Source of the DNA: an uncultured virus (IMG/VR IMGVR_UViG_3300020234_000071) | Lineage: Duplodnaviria > Heunggongvirae > Uroviricota > Caudoviricetes | Strand: one strand, 5' to 3' | IMG/VR virus record: IMGVR_UViG_3300020234_000071 | DNA length: 23,458 nt | Shown here: positions 18,143-23,458 of the stretch, one piece after another | Layout of the letters: each line of letters begins with the position of its first letter | Position numbering within the stretch: the stretch's first letter is position 1 | The notes under the pieces: model-generated | What the model was told of the DNA's origin: nothing | Database searches by the model: none | Seen by the model: the letters and a program-made list of their open reading frames with translations, nothing else | Made by a program: the position numbers and the translations under genes

Positions 18143-19116
18143 TACTAAGGTCAAAAAAAATATTACCACATGAACGCTTCGACAAATATAAAGGAAAGGA
18201 ATGTTGGCAGTTTCATTTGCGGGAACGGCATTATTGGGAAGACCTAGAACATGTGGGGTTGACTCATGAAGACGCGCAAAACTTACGCACTTCTGATTTC
18301 ACATTTGAGTATGTACCGAAGTCAGATAAAGAAGTAGGTAAGGAAATAGTAAAATTTATTGAGCGTCACGAGTGGCTAGGAAAAATGCCAATATGGTTGA
18401 CCCATCGTTTTATATGCAGGTTGAATATTGAGGGGAAGCCAAATGTTTTAGCGGGGGTTATTATCATGGCAACCCCAAATGCTTTTTCTAATATTCTTGG
18501 CAAGGAAATGCGGGAAAGGGAAAAGTTGATTAGCAGGGGTGCATGTATTTCTTGGTCTCCTAAGAATCTTGCAAGCCATATCATTATGAAGTCAATTAAA
18601 TGGATGGTAGCTAATACTGAGTTCTGTTTTTTTACTGCTTATTCTGACCCTGATGCAAAAGAGTTAGGGACAATTTATCAAGCATGTTCTTTCTATTATC
18701 TGGGGCAAGTGTCGGGAACCAAGTACCAGTATTTTATTGAAGGCAAGGGATGGAGGGGTGACAAAACATTTTCTGAAAGATCAGCTTTTGTCAGGTACGC
18801 TAAAGAGTTGGGGTACACATGGAAAAAGGAATGGTTGAGAATTGAGAAGGGCAAGCGCAGGGTTAAGTGGTCAGAAATTCCAGAAGATATTGTTGTTGCT
18901 CTGAGGAAGAAATCAAGGGACACAAAAAATGCTTGTCCAAAAAGAATCTCTAGCCCCAAGCATAAGTACGTTTTTGTGTCGGGGAAAACCAAGAAGGAAA
19001 CAAAGCGATTACGAAAAGTGTTGGTTGAACGGAATCCACCACAGTATCAAGTAAAGTTTTTGAATAATAAATTCAGGGAAGTGCAGATACGATACCCGAA
19101 GAATAGGGGTGAGTAA
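18139..19116 (+). CDS. Mom-like (GNAT-fold) DNA adenine modification protein
   Basis: FIERHEWLG, LISRG....SPKNLAS, AYSDP....GTIYQACSFYYLG resemble the Mu Mom core; GTGA overlap with thyX. Confidence 0.75.
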   Translation: MILRSKKILPHERFDKYKGKECWQFHLRERHYWEDLEHVGLTHEDAQNLRTSDFTFEYVPKSDKEVGKEIVKFIERHEWLGKMPIWLTHRFICRLNIEGKPNVLAGVIIMATPNAFSNILGKEMREREKLISRGACISWSPKNLASHIIMKSIKWMVANTEFCFFTAYSDPDAKELGTIYQACSFYYLGQVSGTKYQYFIEGKGWRGDKTFSERSAFVRYAKELGYTWKKEWLRIEKGKRRVKWSEIPEDIVVALRKKSRDTKNACPKRISSPKHKYVFVSGKTKKETKRLRKVLVERNPPQYQVKFLNNKFREVQIRYPKNRGE

Positions 19117-19123
19117 AAAGAAC

Positions 19124-19153
19124 TTGACAAATAAATTATAAGAGTGCTATACT
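19124..19153 (+). promoter_or_regulatory. sigma70-type promoter
   Basis: TTGACA-18 bp-TATACT with TG extended -10. Confidence 0.8.
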
Positions 19154-19187
19154 TATGATATATTTCAATGACATAAGAGGTCAGTAA

Positions 19188-19448
19188 ATGAGTTTACAAA
19201 GCGAAGTAGATCGTATGAATTTTATGGCTAAGCATTTTGGTGAGCCTGAAATAGATATAAATTCTTTGAGTGATGATGATGCTCAAAATATTTATCAACG
19301 TATTGATTCTGGGTTGTCTCCTGAGAATCTACATTGTGATGGGGAAATATCCCGTTCTGCTGCTCAGGCAAAATATCGCAGTTACATGTGTGCAGTCAAA
19401 CAGTTAGACAAGCTTGGATTCACTGCGCGGGATTGTTACGAGTTCTAA
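19188..19448 (+). CDS. phage hypothetical protein (LSPENLHCDGE motif)
   Basis: GAGG RBS; single-gene unit between promoter and terminator. Confidence 0.8.
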   Translation: MSLQSEVDRMNFMAKHFGEPEIDINSLSDDDAQNIYQRIDSGLSPENLHCDGEISRSAAQAKYRSYMCAVKQLDKLGFTARDCYEF

Positions 19449-19468
19449 GGTAGCCATTACAAACGGAT

Positions 19469-19489
19469 AGCCCCTTCGATGGGGCTTTT
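19469..19489 (+). terminator. intrinsic terminator
   Basis: AGCCCC-ttcgat-GGGGCT-TTT. Confidence 0.75.
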
Positions 19490-19514
19490 CTGTATCTAAG
19501 GGTAGGGGGTAGGA

Positions 19515-19697
19515 ATGGAGATATTGAAATTTGTTAGCAAAGAAATTTCTCGTGGAAGTACGAATGTTGAGATTAACAAAGCCCTAGTTATAGAATTTGG
19601 GGAAGGTAATGCTATGGATGATTGGTACTTAAACCATCGAAGGGATGTACACAGGAAGGCAGGTTTCCATTCTAAATATGATAGAAGGGAATCATGA
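19515..19697 (+). CDS. hypothetical protein (60 aa)
   Basis: G-rich RBS; ATGA overlap with the next gene. Confidence 0.62.
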   Translation: MEILKFVSKEISRGSTNVEINKALVIEFGEGNAMDDWYLNHRRDVHRKAGFHSKYDRRES

Positions 19698-19885
19698 AAA
19701 TTGGAATCGTGCTTTTTGTTGCTGTGGTGTTGGCGGGATGTGGTGATAGCAGATGGGATTCTGGCAATCCATTTCATCCTGACAATCCGGGGCAGTTCTG
19801 TGATTTGCATGGTGGTGTTCAACTCATTGAAGGTGGATATATTTACTGCAATGATGGAACGTATATTGAAGAGAGTGCATTATGA
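19694..19885 (+). CDS. small lipoprotein
   Basis: MKIGIVLFVAVVLAG/C signal peptide with lipobox. Confidence 0.8.
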   Translation: MKIGIVLFVAVVLAGCGDSRWDSGNPFHPDNPGQFCDLHGGVQLIEGGYIYCNDGTYIEESAL

Positions 19886-20121
19886 AAAATATTAATGCTC
19901 TTATTCATATTTTTAAATTCGATGAATACTCTTGGTATCGTAATTGTCTGGATGAAGTGCAGAAGGAAATCGGAAAAGTTGGGGTTGTCGGAATTGAAGA
20001 ATGTGGGGCTGATGGGAAATGGACTATCACAATTGATGCTATGCAGCTTTGGGTCTCAAGCTCAAATTCGGTTGAGAAAGCTGTGCCTATAATTGAAAGC
20101 TATGAGGGGGTCAAACAATGA
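19882..20121 (+). CDS. hypothetical protein (79 aa)
   Basis: ATGA overlaps on both sides. Confidence 0.7.
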   Translation: MKNINALIHIFKFDEYSWYRNCLDEVQKEIGKVGVVGIEECGADGKWTITIDAMQLWVSSSNSVEKAVPIIESYEGVKQ

Positions 20122-20387
20122 GTGAACTTGACAGGAGTAGCACTGATGCATTGCATTGGGCGGAGCAGTTTTGTAAGACATTCAAAGAAATTTATATGTA
20201 CGGTGGTCAAGTCCTAGAAAAAGATATTGATGTGGGTTGGGTGCAAGGATGGTTTGCTAATTATTGGGCTGCTGTACATGACCCGCTTGTTAAGAAGATT
20301 GAAGAACTGGAAGCAGAAATAAAAGAATGGGAAAGTGGTGCATTGGTGCGCGGTTGGCGTAAAGAATGGGAGGATAAGAATGGGTGA
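20118..20387 (+). CDS. hypothetical protein (89 aa, Trp-rich)
   Basis: GAGGGG RBS; ATGA overlap. Confidence 0.75.
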   Translation: MSELDRSSTDALHWAEQFCKTFKEIYMYGGQVLEKDIDVGWVQGWFANYWAAVHDPLVKKIEELEAEIKEWESGALVRGWRKEWEDKNG

Positions 20388-20604
20388 GGAAGTTGGATGC
20401 ATGAATTGTGGTGAAGAATTTGAGGGTGAGTTATTTACCCATCCCGGCTATTGTGGTGATAACTTTTGTGGGCCTTGCCTGATTGGGTGGTGGGAAGAGC
20501 ACATTGATGAGTCAATTGAAATGCTCAAGCAAGCGGAATCTGATACCAAGATTACCAGTATGCATTTCACGGTTGATGATACTCAGGAGGATAAGGATGG
20601 ATAA
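20380..20604 (+). CDS. small zinc-finger-like protein
   Basis: GGAGG RBS before ATG 20380; CMNC...C....CGPC. Confidence 0.7.
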   Translation: MGEEVGCMNCGEEFEGELFTHPGYCGDNFCGPCLIGWWEEHIDESIEMLKQAESDTKITSMHFTVDDTQEDKDG

Positions 20605-20815
20605 TCTTGATGCCCAAAGCAGAGAAGATAATAGGATTACCCATAGGATTAATTCTACGTTAAAGGAACAGGTATTTGAAAAGGCAGACCGCTATGACCT
20701 GACTGTTTCTCAAATCATGAATCGACTTTTGATGAAGTGGGTGAACAATGAAAGCATGATGAGTGGTGATATTGGGGCAGTGCTGTTAGCAGAGTTTAGA
20801 AAGAAGAAATCCTAA
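20597..20815 (+). CDS. ribbon-helix-helix DNA-binding protein
   Basis: AGGAGG RBS; RITHRINSTLKEQVFEKADRYDLTVSQIMNRLL. Confidence 0.72.
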   Translation: MDNLDAQSREDNRITHRINSTLKEQVFEKADRYDLTVSQIMNRLLMKWVNNESMMSGDIGAVLLAEFRKKKS

Positions 20816-20955
20816 TGGAATGTAAGTGGAACAGGATTTGGATATTTGCTAATGATATTCCTGAACTATTGGCATGGACACTTTTTGCATTTTGGGTAAT
20901 AGTGATTTGTGCGTTGTTGGTTCGATTACTCACATATATATTCGCGGGGGAGTGA
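20815..20955 (+). CDS. 46-aa membrane protein (not in ORF track)
   Basis: MECKWNRIWIFANDIPELLAWTLFAFWVIVICALLVRLLTYIFAGE; TAATG and TGATG overlaps. Confidence 0.62.
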   Translation: MECKWNRIWIFANDIPELLAWTLFAFWVIVICALLVRLLTYIFAGE

Positions 20956-21062
20956 TGAAAGATTTATGGAAAGAATTTTTGCATTGTAGGTTGGGGATGC
21001 TATTGATCTTTGCTACTGGATTTTATTTGATTATGGTTTTACTTGAAGCAGAGCTAATATGA
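20955..21062 (+). CDS. 35-aa membrane protein (start ATG 20955)
   Basis: GGGGGAG RBS; MKDLWKEFLHCRLGMLLIFATGFYLIMVLLEAELI. Confidence 0.6.
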   Translation: MKDLWKEFLHCRLGMLLIFATGFYLIMVLLEAELI

Positions 21063-21349
21063 AGATTAATTCATTTTGGCAGTGGGTCAAAAATATGACT
21101 GTTATTGGATGGGCATTATTCAAGTCTTATTTGTACCAGTGCAGGAATCCACTGAATTATAGGGTGGTTACTAAATCAACTATCTTTCTTCGTGAGTATG
21201 AAGCGGATGGTTCCTTATCTGAAGACGTTACTTTTGTGGGGGTGGTACAGGATATTCCTGATGTCACTGACCACAGCATCATTCATAAGTGGGTGGTGAT
21301 AAAAACATTTTACGGGGAATGGGGTGATGATAACAATAGTAGTACCTGA
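21059..21349 (+). CDS. hypothetical protein (96 aa)
   Basis: ATGA overlap with the previous stop. Confidence 0.68.
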   Translation: MKINSFWQWVKNMTVIGWALFKSYLYQCRNPLNYRVVTKSTIFLREYEADGSLSEDVTFVGVVQDIPDVTDHSIIHKWVVIKTFYGEWGDDNNSST

Positions 21350-21479
21350 ATGGTTTATATATCTGTTGGCAATTTTGGTGTTGGTTTATATCATTGATAT
21401 TTTTATGAGGTTAGTCATATCTTGCTATAAAATATTGATCATGAAAAAAGAACGGGAAGCCAAAAATGATCAAGGATGA
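21327..21479 (+). CDS. 50-aa membrane protein (not in ORF track)
   Basis: MITIVVPEWFIYLLAILVLVYIIDIFMRLVISCYKILIMKKEREAKNDQG; fills the gap. Confidence 0.6.
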   Translation: MITIVVPEWFIYLLAILVLVYIIDIFMRLVISCYKILIMKKEREAKNDQG

Positions 21480-21648
21480 TGATATTTCCCTATGGGACAT
21501 TGACCTGATATGTAATGCGTGTGGGTGGGAAGGAATCAGTAAGAACGCAGAAATACTTATAAAGAAAGATGACAAGCAGGTATTATTGGTTTGTCCTAGA
21601 TGCAGGGAGGTTGACAACTTTGAGAAGCCCAATGAAGAAGAAAGCTGA
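21466..21648 (+). CDS. zinc-ribbon protein
   Basis: CNAC...CPRC. Confidence 0.72.
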   Translation: MIKDDDISLWDIDLICNACGWEGISKNAEILIKKDDKQVLLVCPRCREVDNFEKPNEEES

Positions 21649-21853
21649 AAAATCTATTAGCTATCGATACCTGAATATGAATTCCCGTGAATTCGTAGCA
21701 TCAAATGCAGATTTTGCTAAAGCATTTCGGGGTAAGAAACATTTGGTGCGGGTGATTCCAAATGAAGAGTTGGGACAAATTCTAGTTGCTGCGGGGGCAA
21801 GTGAGTTTTCGGAGCGTGAAGCAATCATGATGTGTAACAAATTACTGAATTGA
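21632..21853 (+). CDS. hypothetical protein (start ATG 21632)
   Basis: Operon tiling. Confidence 0.65.
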   Translation: MKKKAEKSISYRYLNMNSREFVASNADFAKAFRGKKHLVRVIPNEELGQILVAAGASEFSEREAIMMCNKLLN

Positions 21854-22044
21854 AAGGTAAGCCCGATCTTAAATCTGGATGGTACTGTGAAACGTGTGGG
21901 GTATTTGTTATTTCAAGTGCTATACATGGTTTCCCTGTTTCCCGCTATTGGAAAGAACAAACTGACTCACAGGTAATTGAAGCTTTCTGTTCTGCCAAGT
22001 GTGGACTAGAAGATTATGAAAGTGCAAATAATCCTGACAAATAA
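21850..22044 (+). CDS. small zinc-finger-like protein
   Basis: CETC...FCSAKC; TTGA overlap with the previous stop. Confidence 0.62.
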   Translation: MKGKPDLKSGWYCETCGVFVISSAIHGFPVSRYWKEQTDSQVIEAFCSAKCGLEDYESANNPDK

Positions 22045-22056
22045 TAATGATGTAAA

Positions 22057-22072
22057 TGTGAACTGCATCACA
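22057..22072. promoter_or_regulatory. CRP-type binding site
   Basis: TGTGA-actgca-TCACA, perfect core. Confidence 0.72.
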
Positions 22073-22087
22073 CAGATAATCCTGTTA

Positions 22088-22128
22088 TTATTTGTCAAGA
22101 TGCTATACTTAAGGTATACAAACAAACA
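22088..22128 (+). repeat. 41-bp promoter repeat, copy 2; contains extended -10 TGc-TATACT (hexamer 22104-22109)
   Basis: 40/41 identical to 518-558. Confidence 0.95.
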
Positions 22129-22144
22129 CGAAACGAGAAATAAA

Positions 22145-22309
22145 ATGACTAGAATCAACGAGTTAATGAGCGAAGAAACTTCAAACACTACTGATACAGT
22201 GAACATGATTCACACAACTTCAGAAAAAGAAGTGGTAGTAGTTAAAGAAGCTCAAGCCAAGTATGAAGCCCTTGGATTTAAAGTTGGAACCTACAACTGG
22301 AAAGCCTAA
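22145..22309 (+). CDS. hypothetical early protein (54 aa; start ATG 22145)
   Basis: First ATG after the promoter; followed by a terminator. Confidence 0.68.
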   Translation: MTRINELMSEETSNTTDTVNMIHTTSEKEVVVVKEAQAKYEALGFKVGTYNWKA

Positions 22310-22333
22310 GACACAAAGTAAGACCTGATGAAG

Positions 22334-22359
22334 AAGCCCCCTACTAGGGGCTTTTTTTT
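22334..22359 (+). terminator. intrinsic terminator
   Basis: AAGCCCC-ctacta-GGGGC followed by T8. Confidence 0.88.
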
Positions 22360-22370
22360 ATTTGCAGGAA

Positions 22371-22423
22371 TGTGACGTAAATCACACAAATAATTGACAA
22401 ATAATTTCATAGTGTGTTATACT
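22371..22423 (+). promoter_or_regulatory. CRP-type site plus sigma70 promoter
   Basis: TGTGA-cgtaaa-TCACA (22371-86); TTGACA (22394-99)-18 bp-TATACT (22418-23). Confidence 0.82.
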
Positions 22424-22458
22424 TACAGTATAGAAAATAAACAAACACGAGAAACGAA

Positions 22459-22746
22459 ATGAGCATAGCAAACACAATTAGAGACCAAATCAGCGGCAAG
22501 ACACTTTTCATGTTAGGCGCAAAGAATCTTTTAGCCCATGAAGACGGTTTTAGCTTTCGGATTCGCGGTAGCAAGGCAGTCAACTATATCAAGATTACCC
22601 TGAACGGAAAAGACCTGTATGACATGGAGTTTGGTAAGGTCTGGGGAATGAACTACAAAGTTAAGGCTACCCACAATGATGTTTATGCTGACATGATGCA
22701 CGGACTGATTGAAAGCGAAACTGGTCTTTACACCAAATTATTTTAA
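22459..22746 (+). CDS. phage hypothetical early protein (95 aa)
   Basis: ANTIRDQI...GAKNL...DLYDMEF...VYADM...TGLYTKL; directly after the promoter. Confidence 0.8.
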   Translation: MSIANTIRDQISGKTLFMLGAKNLLAHEDGFSFRIRGSKAVNYIKITLNGKDLYDMEFGKVWGMNYKVKATHNDVYADMMHGLIESETGLYTKLF

Positions 22747-22769
22747 AGTTAAATCGTGTGTTGTTTTTG

Positions 22770-22798
22770 CCCCCTCTGAAAATGGGGGGGAATTTTTT
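22770..22798 (+). terminator. possible terminator or hairpin
   Basis: CCCCCTC-tgaaaat-GGGGGGG-aa-TTTTTT. Confidence 0.5.
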
Positions 22799-22840
22799 AA
22801 CGACACAACCACCAAACAACCAACAACAGGAAACACGAAA

Positions 22841-23077
22841 ATGATATTTGATAAATGGAAAGCAATTACTTCACAGACTCTTGCTAATGAGTATATGAGC
22901 GCGAAACTCAGCAAGGGCAAGAAGGGAATTCATAATGGTCTTTCAGAAGATTTCATTAAGACTGCCTTTGATAATTTCTCACATAATGAGTCGATTCAGT
23001 ACAGAGCTTATGCAACTTATGATGGGGAAAAGGTTGAAGACACTACCATGCTTTTACAAATTTGTAACGGGGTATAG
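22841..23077 (+). CDS. hypothetical protein (start ATG 22841)
   Basis: A/C-rich leader with AGGA and ACACGA. Confidence 0.68.
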   Translation: MIFDKWKAITSQTLANEYMSAKLSKGKKGIHNGLSEDFIKTAFDNFSHNESIQYRAYATYDGEKVEDTTMLLQICNGV

Positions 23078-23085
23078 GAGTTGGT

Positions 23086-23289
23086 ATGAATAAGCGAAGC
23101 ATGGCAGTAGAACTTTTGAGCGCGTTTGGGCGATACATGGAAGATGCCCCCAATCATCCCTATCATATTAGGCTGAACGGAAAATTTCTGTGCTCTGGTG
23201 ATACTGCTGATCTGGCTGATCAAGTAGCAAAGGAATTCAGCAAAGTTGATTTGGTGGGATTGATGGATACGATACCAAGGGAGGATTGA
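23086..23289 (+). CDS. hypothetical protein (67 aa)
   Basis: AGGAG RBS. Confidence 0.7.
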   Translation: MNKRSMAVELLSAFGRYMEDAPNHPYHIRLNGKFLCSGDTADLADQVAKEFSKVDLVGLMDTIPRED

Positions 23290-23458
23290 TGACTACCTAC
23301 AAATATCTGGGTTATATCATTCAACCTAAAATGGATTTTGGCTCACAGTTTTTTTTCATAGACGGGAAAAGGGTTTCAAGGGGTTGGGTTGTTACCGATG
23401 GATTCTGTAATGTGTTGCCGGGGGCTACTTGGTCACAAACTATAGCAGGAGCCAAGAA
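23289..23458 (+). CDS. hypothetical protein, runs off the right edge
   Basis: GGAGG RBS, TGATG overlap; MTTYKYLGYIIQPKMDFGSQFFFIDGKRVSRGWVVTDGFCNVLPGATW... Confidence 0.7.
   Translation, partial: MTTYKYLGYIIQPKMDFGSQFFFIDGKRVSRGWVVTDGFCNVLPGATWSQTIAGAK

Noticed and set aside
22016..22144. Upstream extension of ORF 22016-22309 (similarly 22709, 20483, 15965)
   Set aside because: The extensions run through promoters, terminators or other genes; downstream ATGs fit better

Overview
AT-rich, densely coding segment of a double-stranded DNA tailed phage (or prophage). No virion, packaging, lysis, integrase or DNA polymerase gene is visible. A divergent promoter region with small early-type genes (1-1002) is followed by a + strand replication/recombination block: Ycf46-like AAA+ ATPase, HTH replication initiator carrying an internal lambda-type iteron origin, degenerate DnaC-like loader, DnaB helicase, primase, SSB, SF2 helicase, RecA, two resolvases and a Cas4-like nuclease. 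Next come nucleotide/DNA-modification genes (MazG-like, thyX, Mom-like) and a run of small accessory genes, several in promoter-gene-terminator cassettes. The most notable element is a ~350-nt non-coding unit at ~6563-6914 with its own sigma70 promoter, terminator and many helices; from memory it resembles the 5' half of ROOL RNA. Other unusual signals: a shared TGACAAATA promoter motif, two perfect CRP boxes at identical spacing, an ACACGA leader motif, and a shared N-terminal IKLKT peptide. All calls are by eye, with no database search.
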